DNA of 64,000 nt, from assembly GCA_963666835.2 (NCBI GenBank), contig CAXXGO010000003.1, positions 352,001 to 416,000 of the forward strand. Direction: 5' to 3'. Source of the DNA: Phycisphaerae bacterium (GTDB lineage Bacteria; Planctomycetota; Phycisphaerae; UBA1845). The translations under genes and the position numbers were made by a program. The notes beneath the pieces were generated by a model that did no database searches, was not told the origin of the DNA, and worked only from the letters and a program-made list of their open reading frames with translations. Each line of letters opens with the position of its first letter. Positions within the stretch are counted from its first letter, which is position 1. Shown here piece by piece: positions 20,985-31,647 of this stretch.

Positions 20985-22058
20985 ATGGCGAACGCCGATG
21001 ATATTATGAACCGTCCGGAACCGGCGCGCGGGTTCTTTGATCTGACGCCGGACACGCTCCGCAAGCTTCTGAAGGACTGGCGGGAGCCGGCCTTTCGATC
21101 GAAGCAGGTTCTGGAGTGGGCCTACGAGCACGGGGTCGGGTCCTACGACGACATGTCCAACCTGCCCAAGTTGCTCCGGAGGCGGCTTACTGCGGAACTG
21201 CCTCTGTACACGTCGACGATCGTATCGCGGCAGGAGTCTTCCGATCGCACGGTCAAGCTGCTGCTGGGCTGGCCGGATGGGGCGACGAGTGAATGCGTGC
21301 TCATCCCCGACGCTGAGCGCCGCACCGCGTGTATCTCCACGCAGGTCGGTTGCCCGGTAGGTTGCGTCTTCTGTGCGAGCGGGTTGGACGGGCTGCAGCG
21401 CCAACTTCGCCCCGGCGAGATCGTCGAGCAGGCCATGCGCGTCCGGCGGGAATGCGAACCAGACCGCCTGTCCAACGTCGTTTTGATGGGGCTCGGAGAG
21501 CCGCTGGCGAACTACGATGCCACGGTCCAGGCCGTGCGGACGGTCAACGCCGAGTGGGGCATGGCCATCGGCGGTCGCCGGATTACCATCAGCACCGTTG
21601 GTCTTCCTCGGCAAATCCGAAGGCTTGCCGACGAGCAGATGCAGATTACCCTGGCGTTGTCTCTGCACGCCCCTACCGACGAGCTTCGCAGTCAGATCAT
21701 CCCGTGGGCGGATCGCGCGAACATCGCGGAGCTAATCGACGCTTGCCGGTACTTCTTCGACCGCACCGGACGTGAGGTCACTCTCGAGTACCTTCTCTTG
21801 GGCGAGGTGAACGATGGCTCGGAGCACGCTCGACGGCTTGCGCGAGTGGCGAAGCAGATCCGCAGCAATGTCAACTTGATTCGTTACAACCCGGTGGCCG
21901 GGCTGCCGTACCGGCAGCCTTCGAGCGCTACGGTCCAGGAATTCCTTGACACCCTCATCACCCGGGGAGTTAACGCGCACGTCCGGCGAAGCCGTGGTTC
22001 GGATATCGACGCGGCGTGCGGTCAACTCCGCCGGCGAGAACAGGCCGGAGAGACTTAG
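20985..22058 (+). CDS. rlmN: Dual-specificity RNA methyltransferase RlmN
   Basis: CISTQVGCPVGCVFCASG radical-SAM motif, MGLGEPL, SLHAP, DIDAACGQL. Confidence 0.96.
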   Translation: MANADDIMNRPEPARGFFDLTPDTLRKLLKDWREPAFRSKQVLEWAYEHGVGSYDDMSNLPKLLRRRLTAELPLYTSTIVSRQESSDRTVKLLLGWPDGATSECVLIPDAERRTACISTQVGCPVGCVFCASGLDGLQRQLRPGEIVEQAMRVRRECEPDRLSNVVLMGLGEPLANYDATVQAVRTVNAEWGMAIGGRRITISTVGLPRQIRRLADEQMQITLALSLHAPTDELRSQIIPWADRANIAELIDACRYFFDRTGREVTLEYLLLGEVNDGSEHARRLARVAKQIRSNVNLIRYNPVAGLPYRQPSSATVQEFLDTLITRGVNAHVRRSRGSDIDAACGQLRRREQAGET

Positions 22059-22106
22059 TGAGCGCGATTATGCTCACGACAACGTTGCAGCGACGAGGTT
22101 CGATTC

Positions 22107-22952
22107 ATGACCACCGATAGTCTTGAGATCGGCGTCTGTAGTTGGGCGTTGGATCGCCATGACGTCTTGCGAGCCATCGACTTGGCAGGCGGGCCGCTGA
22201 ACCTGCGGATAATGCAGATCGGCTTTTTCACTGCGGAGGCCGTGCAAGACGCCGACCCTGGGAAGATCACGGCGGCTGCAGAAAGTGCGGGAGTCACGAT
22301 TGTGTCTTCCTTCGTGGCATTTGAGGGAGAGGACTACTCTTCAATCGCCCGGATCGCGGAGACCGGGGGCTACGGGTCTGACCGGGATTACTCGACCCGG
22401 CTCGCGCTGACTCGCAAGGTCGCCGAATTGACGAAAACGCTGTCCGCAAAGGCGGTGGCCGTGCATATAGGGACCGTTCCTGCTGACCCCGGCTCGCCGA
22501 TGTTCGCCAAGCTTGCGGCGCGCGTGGGCGAGGTGGCGGATTGTCTGCAGGAGTTCGGGTTACGCCTGCATATAGAGACCGGCCGCGAGTCGGCAGACAC
22601 GCTCGTGTCATTCCTGGATACGGTTAACCGGCCGAACATCGGAGTGAACTTCGATCCGGGCAATTTCATCGTGTATGGAACGGACGATCCCGGGCACGCG
22701 TTGCAGGTTCTCGGGAATCGGATCGAGGGCGTTCACGCGAAAGACGCTCGCCGCTCCGCGAGACCCGGCATCGATTATGGCGGACCTGCAGCGCTCGGCA
22801 CGGGCGACGTTGACTTACCGGGGTTGCTGGCCGACCTGCGCAACACCGGGTATTGCGGACCTCTGCTTATCGAGTGTGGGAGCAGAGATGCCGGCCTCGA
22901 TACGGTGGCGACCGCCGCCGAGGTTCTGCTCGCACACATGTCTGCTACATAG
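22107..22952 (+). CDS. Sugar phosphate isomerase/epimerase (xylose isomerase-like TIM barrel)
   Basis: ETGRE, NFDPGNF, VHAKDA, LGTGDVD, GPLLIE. Confidence 0.85.
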   Translation: MTTDSLEIGVCSWALDRHDVLRAIDLAGGPLNLRIMQIGFFTAEAVQDADPGKITAAAESAGVTIVSSFVAFEGEDYSSIARIAETGGYGSDRDYSTRLALTRKVAELTKTLSAKAVAVHIGTVPADPGSPMFAKLAARVGEVADCLQEFGLRLHIETGRESADTLVSFLDTVNRPNIGVNFDPGNFIVYGTDDPGHALQVLGNRIEGVHAKDARRSARPGIDYGGPAALGTGDVDLPGLLADLRNTGYCGPLLIECGSRDAGLDTVATAAEVLLAHMSAT

Positions 22953-23265
22953 CCGGCAAGGTGGCCCACGTCCTCTTGTGTCCAGCGCATGCTCCGAACC
23001 GTTGCGGGCCGTTCAATATCCCGCCCGCCGGACGTGTGGGGGGGGCGATGACGGACTAGCGGCACTCGCGGCAGATCTTGCGTTTCGACCGACGGCAATT
23101 AATGGCAGGTCTCGTGCCTCGACCATGCCTACGGGGAATGCTAACGGTATGGCATGCGCCAACGACGATTCTACATTGCTCAAGAGCAGTGGTACACCCG
23201 AGAACCCGAGTGTGACATAGCACTCGCGCGTGGGGCGTGAAGTGTAGAGCGGGAGCGGTTTTCTC

Positions 23266-24456
23266 TTATGTCTGTTTGGCGCGGCGTCGCCCAAAAAAGC
23301 CGCGGCGTCTTGTGGCCTTATCCAGGTCGGATTCGCCGTACCCGGATATCTTTCCGGCCAGGCGGCGGATTTCGGTACGGACGGGATTGTCGCGCTCGGC
23401 CGCGGCAATCGGTCGGCCGAAGTCGAGCGACTGCGCGACATACTGATAGTCATTGGGAATGGTTGCGAAGACGGGCTTCTTGATGAGTTCTTCAATGTCC
23501 TTGGCGCTGACTCTCCCACCGGAGCTGTCGCCGCGATTGACGATCACTTCGATGCGATCTTCCGGAATACCTAGCTTCACCAGGGCGTCGAAGTACCGCT
23601 CGGCATTCCTGATACTCGGGACAAGAAGTTGACAGACAATCAGAATAAGGTCCGCCTGCTGCAGAGCCGCAAAGGTCACCGGCGAAATGAACCGGGGTAT
23701 ATCTATCACAACCGACTCGTGCATCGTAGTCAGCAGCTCGATAACATGGTGCACGACATCAGCCGTAATCCCGTCACACTCCCCAACCAGACGCGGCCGC
23801 GCCAATAGCGCAACATTGCAGGGCAGCACGGTCAACACGTTTTCCAGAACGGTCTGGTCGACACCCGCGCCCGCGGTGGCGATGTCGTGGATGGTGTAAT
23901 CCGGCTCCCGGTCGAAGTTCGTCGCGAGATCTCCGAACTGCAGGTTCAGATCCACCAACCCGCAGTTCTTATCACCAAGATGGCCAATCTCCATCGCCAA
24001 GTTGCACGCAATCGAGGTCGCCCCCACGCCGCCGCTGGCGCCGGTCACGCAAACACACTTGCTTCGCCCCTGCGTCAGCAGACGTTTTGCGGCTACCCGG
24101 CTGACCGCTGCCGCCAAATCGGCATGGACGATCGGCTCGCACACATACTGATCACATCCCGCTCGAATCGGGGCCAAGATCGCGTTGGGACCCGTCTGAT
24201 GGCTCAACGCAATCATGGGAACCGTGGGATGGTGCTGGGACACCTGATCTATCACCTCGACAACCGAGTCGGCGTCGGGGTCGAGGTGGAGGAACAGCAG
24301 GTTGATCTCATGGTCGCGCATCAGCGCGGCGAGTTCATCGGGGGTGTTGACCTCCGTAACTAGCCGCACGAAGTTGAGACTCGATATGCTGTGCCTGAGC
24401 GTCTCGGACGACTCGGCATCCTGGTTATACAGGCAAACCTGGAGTATGCTACTCAT
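23266..24456 (-). CDS. cpaE: CpaE/TadZ-like protein (receiver-like domain + MinD/ParA ATPase)
   Basis: Degenerate receiver; GASGGVGATSIACNLA, VDLNLQFGD, IPNDY..G.P. Confidence 0.8.
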   Translation of the reverse strand: MSSILQVCLYNQDAESSETLRHSISSLNFVRLVTEVNTPDELAALMRDHEINLLFLHLDPDADSVVEVIDQVSQHHPTVPMIALSHQTGPNAILAPIRAGCDQYVCEPIVHADLAAAVSRVAAKRLLTQGRSKCVCVTGASGGVGATSIACNLAMEIGHLGDKNCGLVDLNLQFGDLATNFDREPDYTIHDIATAGAGVDQTVLENVLTVLPCNVALLARPRLVGECDGITADVVHHVIELLTTMHESVVIDIPRFISPVTFAALQQADLILIVCQLLVPSIRNAERYFDALVKLGIPEDRIEVIVNRGDSSGGRVSAKDIEELIKKPVFATIPNDYQYVAQSLDFGRPIAAAERDNPVRTEIRRLAGKISGYGESDLDKATRRRGFFGRRRAKQT

Positions 24457-24692
24457 GGCGTTCCCACGATAGATGCCTAACCGTGCGTATTGTCCCCACC
24501 TACGTCTCTATCGGCGTGACTGTTGTGTCAGTTTCCATCAACGCCCTACGCAGGGAAGGTCCGAGAATGCTGCCCCGCAGGTTCCGCAAACGCCTCGCTC
24601 TTCATGCCTCCGCGCGCTGCGCTCATGAACTCGCCACTTACGCCCCCATCCGCTATGATCCGCCGCGCACTGCAACCAACGGAGAAGACCTC

Positions 24693-25499
24693 TTGCCATT
24701 ACCGCGAGCCCAAACCGGATTGATGCTCGGCGAGTTTCCGTTCGCACGCGTGGGCACCGGCTCACGTTCCCTGGTCGTGTTCCCGGGAATTATGGACGCC
24801 CTCCAGGACGTCACCGGTAATCCCCGGTTCATCGCTTGGTTCTGCCAAGCAATGACGTTCAGCCATACTGTGTTTTGGATTGGGCGCAGGCGAGGGCTTC
24901 CTCACGATCATTCAACGCGCGACATGGCCCGGGACTATGCCCGCCTCTTTGCGGAAGAACTGGGCCCCTGCGATGTGCTCGGTGTGTCCATGGGCAGCGC
25001 GATCGCCCAGGATTTCGCCGCCGATTTCCCCCAGCACGTCGACCGACTGGTGCTGGCGATGTGCGGTCCGCGAATGGAGCCGGAGAAGAAGGAGCTCTGC
25101 CGGAACTGGATCACGTTGGCTCAAGGTGCGAGATGGAGAGATCTGTACCTCGACATGATCGCCCGGACATACCGCCCGGCGCGCCGCGCAGTCTACCAGG
25201 CCCTGATGCCAACGGTTGACAGCGTCTTCTCCGAAAGCCCTACAATCGGCTCGGATTTCGTCGTCTCGGGCCAGGCTTGCCTGGACTTCGATACCTCGGA
25301 GCGCCTGCCGCTCATAAAGGCTCGGACTCTGGTGCTCGGCGGGGCCGAAGACGTTCTCATGCCGGCAGAAGGCATTCGCGAGGTGGCAGACCGCATCCCC
25401 GGGGCTTCACTTCACCTTTTCGAGGGCTCCGGGCACGGTGCGTTCGAGGAGTGCAAGGAGGAGTTCGACCGGGTTATTAGCGAGTTTCTGACCGGCTAG
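24693..25499 (+). CDS. Alpha/beta hydrolase
   Basis: GVSMGS nucleophile elbow, GAEDVL, GSGHG; TTG start after GGAG is inferred. Confidence 0.85.
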   Translation: MPLPRAQTGLMLGEFPFARVGTGSRSLVVFPGIMDALQDVTGNPRFIAWFCQAMTFSHTVFWIGRRRGLPHDHSTRDMARDYARLFAEELGPCDVLGVSMGSAIAQDFAADFPQHVDRLVLAMCGPRMEPEKKELCRNWITLAQGARWRDLYLDMIARTYRPARRAVYQALMPTVDSVFSESPTIGSDFVVSGQACLDFDTSERLPLIKARTLVLGGAEDVLMPAEGIREVADRIPGASLHLFEGSGHGAFEECKEEFDRVISEFLTG

Positions 25500-25536
25500 C
25501 CCGCCGGCAGAGCCCAGAGTCGCCGACCGACGCGAA

Positions 25537-25725
25537 TCAGATTCCGACCGACGGCGCGAATCCGGCGACCCGGACCACCAGGTGGGTCACAAGCGCTATC
25601 GCCTCCACAGCCAGTACCGCTATGGCAACAATGGCAAACCGCCGCTCTCGCGCCGATGGCCAAGCCCGGCCCACGAAGTCGATCGCGAAGAGAACACCGC
25701 CCGCCATTACGCCCGTACCGAGCAT
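25537..25725 (-). CDS. Small hypothetical membrane protein
   Basis: Two hydrophobic segments; fills an otherwise empty gap; start uncertain. Confidence 0.35.
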   Translation of the reverse strand: MLGTGVMAGGVLFAIDFVGRAWPSARERRFAIVAIAVLAVEAIALVTHLVVRVAGFAPSVGI

Positions 25726-26029
25726 ATTGAGGACGTGCCCTCAGCAGAACCTGTCCCTCAGCATGTAGCCCACCGGGGGCAAAAGAGACATGAACAGAGC
25801 GATTCTACCGGGCATAACGGCTCTCCGTAAAACAAGCGACAACCTGCTCTCGCCTAGCCGCCGAGGGAGGCCGAACCGCAAGCCGACCGCCACAGTCGGC
25901 CGGTCGAGGTCGCCGGTTCCATCCGGCGAGAGGCATAGAGCATCGACATCTAGGGTGCAAACCCCTTTGACATTCGTCAATCGTATCGCAAGAATAACCT
26001 GTCGTTACGGCAGAGGTAGGACTGGGATC

Positions 26030-26437
26030 ATGATGATTCAAATGCTTAAAGCGAAGCTGCACCAGGCGTGCGTCACACATTCCGATGTGGACTACGAGGG
26101 CAGTTTCGGGATCGACTCCGAGTTGATGGAGGCCGTCGGGATCTTCCCGTACGAGAAGGTCCTGATTTCCAATATCAACAACGGACATCGGCTGGAGACC
26201 TACGCTATCCCAGAGCCCCCGGGTTCGCGTCGCATGGTGCTCAACGGGGCGGCCGCGCGCCTCGGAGCTGCCGGCGATCGAGTCATCATCATGTCGTTCT
26301 GCTCTGTGGACGACGCAATCGTTCGTCGGGGCGAGTTTCGCCCGGAAGTCATTTGGCTGAACGAACAAAACGAAGTGGTCCGCCGGATTCCGACCGTCAC
26401 CGTCCGCGACAAGGTCGCAACAGCAGGCGACGACTAG
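26030..26437 (+). CDS. panD: Aspartate 1-decarboxylase
   Basis: LKAKLH..VT..D.DYEGS pyruvoyl cleavage site, NNGHRLETY, LNGAAAR, GDRVII. Confidence 0.96.
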   Translation: MMIQMLKAKLHQACVTHSDVDYEGSFGIDSELMEAVGIFPYEKVLISNINNGHRLETYAIPEPPGSRRMVLNGAAARLGAAGDRVIIMSFCSVDDAIVRRGEFRPEVIWLNEQNEVVRRIPTVTVRDKVATAGDD

Positions 26438-26668
26438 TCGGCCTCCCGCGCACAGCCAAGCGATCTTCCCGGTCTGTCGGGTGGATCGCTCACCGGACCT
26501 CGCGTCAAACCTCGCCGCCTCAGATGCCGTGGTGGACCAAACGCCCAACCCGAGCGTGCGGGTCGCCGTTTGTCAGGGCAAGCTTCGCCGCGCCGCGGGA
26601 ATCAAGGCTCGGCTCACGGGACACACCTGCCGATAATCAGTAGGCTAGTCCATGTGGAGAGCAAGAAC

Positions 26669-28309
26669 ATGAACCAAGCGAAGCACAGACCCGTGGTGTT
26701 GATAATCCGTGACGGCTGGGGGGAGAACCCGGACCCGAAATGGAACGAATCCAATGCCATATTCCTCGCTCGGACCCCGGTGAACGACCGGTTGGCGCGG
26801 GATTACCCGCGAACGCTGATCCACACCAGCGGGGAAGCAGTCGGCCTGCCCGCCGGAGTGATGGGCAACAGCGAAGTTGGGCATCAGAACATCGGTGCGG
26901 GTCGGATGGTGGAGCAGGAGGTCATGCGCATCACCGGGCGAATCCGCGACGAGAGCTTTTTCGAGAACCCGGCGCTCACTGCGGTGTTCGACCGCGCCCG
27001 CGAGACGGGCGGCTGCGTACATTTTATGGGACTTTGCAGCGACGGTCGGGTCCACAGCGACCTTGACCACTTGTACGGACTGTTCGAAATGAGCCGTCGG
27101 TTGCACTTCCCCGGTGAGCGGATCTTCGTTCATGCATTCATGGACGGCCGGGACACGCCTCCACATAGCGGAATCCAGTACATCGAGGAGATAGAAGCGA
27201 AATGCCGCGAGTTCGGCATCAACCCCGTGGCCAGCGTTATCGGGCGCTACTACGCCATGGATCGGGATAATCGTTGGGGGCGGGTGGAGAAGGCCTATCG
27301 CATGCTGACCCACGGTGAGGGTACGGTCTTCGCCTCGGCCACCGACGCGCTGCGAGATTACTATGAGAACCCGAGCGAACCCAGCCGGGTCGGTGACGAG
27401 TTCGTAACCGCCAGCCTCGTCCTGCAAAGCAATGACAAGCCGGCGACAATCCGCGATGGTGATAGTGTAGTCTTCTTTAATTACCGCGGGGACCGCCCGC
27501 GCGAATTAACCAAGGCCTTTGTTTACGACGAGTTTCCGTTCGAAGGCACCGGACTGGACGGAAAGGTCACCGGCTTTGCCCGAAGCGACAAGCTGGATCT
27601 GTGTTTCGTCACTATGACGGCCTACGAGGAGGGGCTGCCCGTAGACGTTGCCTTCGAGAAACCGCCCAAACTGAAGGACATTCTCGGGTCGTACCTGTCG
27701 GAACACGGGTTGACGCAATTCCGCTGCGCGGAAACCGAGAAGTACCCGCATGTGACCTTCTTCTTCAACGATTACCAGGTTGAACCGCACCCAGGGGAGC
27801 AATGGCATCTCGTCCCGTCGCCACGTGAGGTCAGTACGTACGATCAGAAACCGGAGATGTCCGCCGATGCGGTGACCGACGTGGTTCTGCGGCGTCTCGC
27901 CGGGGCCGATGACGACGTCATGATTATCAACCTCGCTAACGGAGATATGGTCGGGCACACGGGCAACTTGGCGGCGGCAATCAAGGCCGTCGAGACAGTC
28001 GACAAATGCGTCGGCGTGATGGTCGAGGCGGTGATGGAAAAAGGCGGCGGATTAATCATCACGGCGGACCACGGGAATTGCGAACAGCTTATCGACCCGG
28101 AGACCGGCGGACCTCACACCGCCCATACCACTTACGATGTCGAACTACTGGTCATCGACGACCGCTTCAAGGGACGCTCCCTGCGCAAGGGCGGCAGCTT
28201 GGCCGACGTCGCCCCTACCCTTCTGGCAATGCTGGGTCTGGACAAGCCGGAGAGCATGACCGGGTCGTCATTGATCGTGCATACCCCCTGTTCGTGCGCC
28301 GCCCGGTGA
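26669..28309 (+). CDS. gpmI: 2,3-bisphosphoglycerate-independent phosphoglycerate mutase
   Basis: DGWG, MGNSEVGH, GRYYAMDRD, AETEKYPHVTFF, DMVGHTG, TADHGNCE. Confidence 0.97.
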   Translation: MNQAKHRPVVLIIRDGWGENPDPKWNESNAIFLARTPVNDRLARDYPRTLIHTSGEAVGLPAGVMGNSEVGHQNIGAGRMVEQEVMRITGRIRDESFFENPALTAVFDRARETGGCVHFMGLCSDGRVHSDLDHLYGLFEMSRRLHFPGERIFVHAFMDGRDTPPHSGIQYIEEIEAKCREFGINPVASVIGRYYAMDRDNRWGRVEKAYRMLTHGEGTVFASATDALRDYYENPSEPSRVGDEFVTASLVLQSNDKPATIRDGDSVVFFNYRGDRPRELTKAFVYDEFPFEGTGLDGKVTGFARSDKLDLCFVTMTAYEEGLPVDVAFEKPPKLKDILGSYLSEHGLTQFRCAETEKYPHVTFFFNDYQVEPHPGEQWHLVPSPREVSTYDQKPEMSADAVTDVVLRRLAGADDDVMIINLANGDMVGHTGNLAAAIKAVETVDKCVGVMVEAVMEKGGGLIITADHGNCEQLIDPETGGPHTAHTTYDVELLVIDDRFKGRSLRKGGSLADVAPTLLAMLGLDKPESMTGSSLIVHTPCSCAAR

Positions 28310-28752
28310 AATCGCCAGGGCGGGAGCGCAGCGCAGTCGACTGACCTATAACTGTCACACAAAACGTAGTTCCTAGCCCGGATTACTCATAACATCCGCA
28401 CAAATGCGCGTAACTTACTGTAGCGTAACCTCTTGTGGGTGGCGCCAATGAGACACGGCGCGTTTCCACGCCCAGGATATGCCCTGGCGCTACATTGGTT
28501 CACGGCCTTTTCTTCGCTTACGTGAATAGCCCGGGCTGACCAGCAGACGTTGCTAAGTTCCAACCAGAGTCCGATCATCGGCCCGCTTGCGGGGTTTCTC
28601 TGCCATGTTGCCGTGCGGCAACGGTGGCGTGAAAACGTCCGGCCGATCTGCCGATGATGATCGAGGACCAACGCCCGCGTTGCCTCCGCACAACATAGGC
28701 GGGCTTGGGCACAAATGGGTCGGGTCATAATAACAGTGCTCTGGAGAACGAG

Positions 28753-29907
28753 ATGACGCCGGATTCACAAGCGGATTCTGCGGCGAAGCGCAAGACGTGG
28801 GACCTGTCCGCGTTTGCCCCGGCGATCTTAGATTCGCTCGATGCCGGCTTGCTGATAGTTGATCGTGATCGGACGATTCTCTACCGCAACAAGGTCGCGA
28901 AGGCGATGTTGATCCACGGCAACGATCTCGATACCGCGTTCCGCAACGCGAGGTTCCTCGATAAGTTCCCCGGTTGGGAGCAGGCCGTTGGCACAGTCCT
29001 CGACCGGAAAGATGAAGTCAGAATCCCCTGCGCTATCCCGACAATGGAGAAGGCCGGCCCAAAACTTGTGCTTCTGCGCTGTATGCCGTTGGTAGACCGG
29101 GGTCATGGGCAATCATGCGCCGTGATCACGCTGACCCAAGCGGAGAGCCCGCCCGCATTGAGCCAGGACCATCTCGAGGTCTCCCAACGTCTGGTCTCGC
29201 TGGGCCGGTTAGCGGCTCGGGTAGCCCACGAACTGAACAACCCTCTCGACGGGATCCTGCGATATGTGAACCTCGCCATCCGACTGGCCGGCGATGAGGC
29301 CTCGGAACCGAAGCTCAACACCTACCTCTCCGAGTCACGCACCGGGCTGCTGAGAATGGTACGGATCATCGGTGACCTTTTGGAGTTCTCGCGGACGACC
29401 GATGGCGAATTCGACGAGATGAATGTGAACGAGGTCGTCGAGCAGGCGGTTCGCAATGTGACGTCGACTGCCGATATGAGCCGAATCGTCGTAACGGTCG
29501 ATCTCCAGAATCACGACGCGCCGGTCCTGCGGAGTAGCCGGCTCTATCAGGTGTGCTGCAACCTCATCAAGAACGCGATCGACGCCATGCCCGACGGCGG
29601 CCGGCTCAGCCTGACCACCGGAGTGGTCGAAGGCACTGTGATTATCCGGGTAGCGGATACGGGGGTCGGTCTGCCGCCCGACGCCGACCGGGTCTTTGAA
29701 CCATTCTTCACTACCAAAGAGCCCGGTAAGGGAACCGGCTTAGGCCTGGCGATTTGCCGGGACTTCGTTGAGGACATGCACGGAACAATCGAGGCCTCAC
29801 CGGGAGAGGACGGAGGCGCCGTCTTCACCATCCAGGTCCCCGTCGAAACTCGGCATCGCCCCTCGCGGTTGACCGGATCGACGCCGGAGGGGCATCTTGG
29901 CTTGTAG
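28753..29907 (+). CDS. PAS-domain sensor histidine kinase
   Basis: AHELNNPL H-box, NLIKNAIDA, DTGVG, FEPFFTTK..GKGTGLGL. Confidence 0.93.
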   Translation: MTPDSQADSAAKRKTWDLSAFAPAILDSLDAGLLIVDRDRTILYRNKVAKAMLIHGNDLDTAFRNARFLDKFPGWEQAVGTVLDRKDEVRIPCAIPTMEKAGPKLVLLRCMPLVDRGHGQSCAVITLTQAESPPALSQDHLEVSQRLVSLGRLAARVAHELNNPLDGILRYVNLAIRLAGDEASEPKLNTYLSESRTGLLRMVRIIGDLLEFSRTTDGEFDEMNVNEVVEQAVRNVTSTADMSRIVVTVDLQNHDAPVLRSSRLYQVCCNLIKNAIDAMPDGGRLSLTTGVVEGTVIIRVADTGVGLPPDADRVFEPFFTTKEPGKGTGLGLAICRDFVEDMHGTIEASPGEDGGAVFTIQVPVETRHRPSRLTGSTPEGHLGL

Positions 29908-29964
29908 GAACTCGGGCTTTCTGCGCGTGTCGCGGCCCCGGCCGCACGAGTAGAGGAACTTCTC

Positions 29965-31365
29965 ATGCCGCCCAATAGCGAAACGAAAGCCAGAATCCTG
30001 ATCGTCGATGACGACCGGATCATCTTGGATTCCCTCGGCGAGTTTCTGCGCCTGGAGGGGTTCGAGCCGCTGACGGCCACCTCGTTTGCCGAAGCGACCC
30101 GGCTAATGCACCAACAGGCGGCCGATCTGATCATCTGCGACGTGAACATGCCCCGCGGAAACGGCTTCGAGCTGTTGCACGTTGCCCGCGAGAAGTGGCC
30201 CGACACCGTCGTCATCATGATCACAGCTTACGGAACGATTGAGAGCGCGGTCGAAGCCATCAAGATGGGCGCCTACGACTACCTGACCAAGCCCATCATC
30301 GACGACGAGCTCCGCCTTTGTGTCGAACGGGCGATGGCCCAGCAGAAAATCCTCCACGAGAACCGTGAGCTCAAGGAGAGACTCCACCATCGCTTCGGTA
30401 TGGAGAACGTCGTCGGGCAGGACTATCGCATGGTCAAGCTGTACGATCTAATTAACTCCGTAGCGGATTCCAAGGTCACGGTGTTGGTCCAGGGGGCGTC
30501 GGGGACCGGCAAGTCCCTGATTGCACGGGTGATCCACGATCAAAGCAATCGCGCCGAAAAGCCCTTCGTCGAAGTGAGCTGTGGAGCCATCCCCGAGACG
30601 TTGCTGGAAAGCGAACTGTTCGGCTACGTTCGCGGAGCGTTCACCGGGGCGGTCGCCAACAAACCCGGCAAGTTCAAGGCCGCCCACGGTGGGACCATCT
30701 TCCTGGACGAAATCGCCTCTGCCTCGCCGGGTTTGCAGGTGAAACTCCTGCGCGTGCTGCAGACCCAGCAGTTCGAGCCCGTCGGGAGCACCAAAACCCA
30801 GAAGGTCGACGTGCGGGTCATCCTGGCCACGAACCTCAACTTGGAGGAGGCCGTGCGAGACGGCACCTTCCGCGAGGATCTGTACTATCGGGTGAACGTC
30901 GTGACGATCGACATGCCGACCTTGTCCGAGAGAGTGTCTGACATCCCGCTCTTGGCCGCACACTTTCTGCGTGCAAGCTGCACAGAGATGAAACGGAGCA
31001 TCCGCGGCTTCGACGACCAGGCCATGGAGGTGCTGCAGAGATACCACTGGCCCGGCAACGTTCGAGAATTGGAGAACGCCGTAGCGCGCGGCGTGGTCTT
31101 GTGCAAGCATCATACCATCGGTGTTGACGACTTGCCGCCTAAGTTGGTCGAGTCGGCGGAGACCTTTGAGCCACCGGAGCATTACCAGCCGATGCCGCTC
31201 AAGCAGGCCCTCGAACAACCCGAGAAGCGCATTCTCGAAGCCGCGTTGCGGGCCAACGGCTGGAATCGCCAGGCCACGGCCGAGCAACTCGACATCAACC
31301 GCACGACTCTCTACAAGAAGATGAAGCGTTACGGCCTGGAGGGCGAGCCGGTGAGAACGCAGTGA
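29965..31365 (+). CDS. Sigma-54-dependent NtrC-family response regulator
   Basis: Receiver, GASGTGKS, ESELFG..GAFTGA, WPGNVRELEN, Fis HTH. Confidence 0.95.
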   Translation: MPPNSETKARILIVDDDRIILDSLGEFLRLEGFEPLTATSFAEATRLMHQQAADLIICDVNMPRGNGFELLHVAREKWPDTVVIMITAYGTIESAVEAIKMGAYDYLTKPIIDDELRLCVERAMAQQKILHENRELKERLHHRFGMENVVGQDYRMVKLYDLINSVADSKVTVLVQGASGTGKSLIARVIHDQSNRAEKPFVEVSCGAIPETLLESELFGYVRGAFTGAVANKPGKFKAAHGGTIFLDEIASASPGLQVKLLRVLQTQQFEPVGSTKTQKVDVRVILATNLNLEEAVRDGTFREDLYYRVNVVTIDMPTLSERVSDIPLLAAHFLRASCTEMKRSIRGFDDQAMEVLQRYHWPGNVRELENAVARGVVLCKHHTIGVDDLPPKLVESAETFEPPEHYQPMPLKQALEQPEKRILEAALRANGWNRQATAEQLDINRTTLYKKMKRYGLEGEPVRTQ

Positions 31366-31573
31366 ACAGGCGATCTTGCCGGCAGACCATCGACGATGAA
31401 GCCGGCCGCGAGCCGAGTGTCTCCAACGGCACCAAGAGTCGCCCTCGGCGAGCCGCACGAACGCTCCCTCAAGGGCCGGCCACGGCTGCAAGGCGGGAAC
31501 ATGAGAGACGCGCGCCGTTGGAGGCGAAGCCGGGGTTGCGAGAGGTCGACGAAACAGTATGCTTTGGCCCAGC

Positions 31574-31647
31574 GCCGGCGTAGCTCAGTTGGTTAGAGCG
31601 CCTGCCTGTGGAGCAGGAGGTCCTTGGTTCGAGCCCAAGCGCCGGTA
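31574..31647 (+). tRNA. tRNA-His (GTG), no encoded G-1, A73, CCA not encoded
   Basis: Cloverleaf GCCGGCG-TA-GCTC..GAGC-G-CCTGC-CTGTGGA-GCAGG-AGGTC-CTTGG-TTCGAGC-CCAAG-CGCCGGT-A. Confidence 0.95.
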
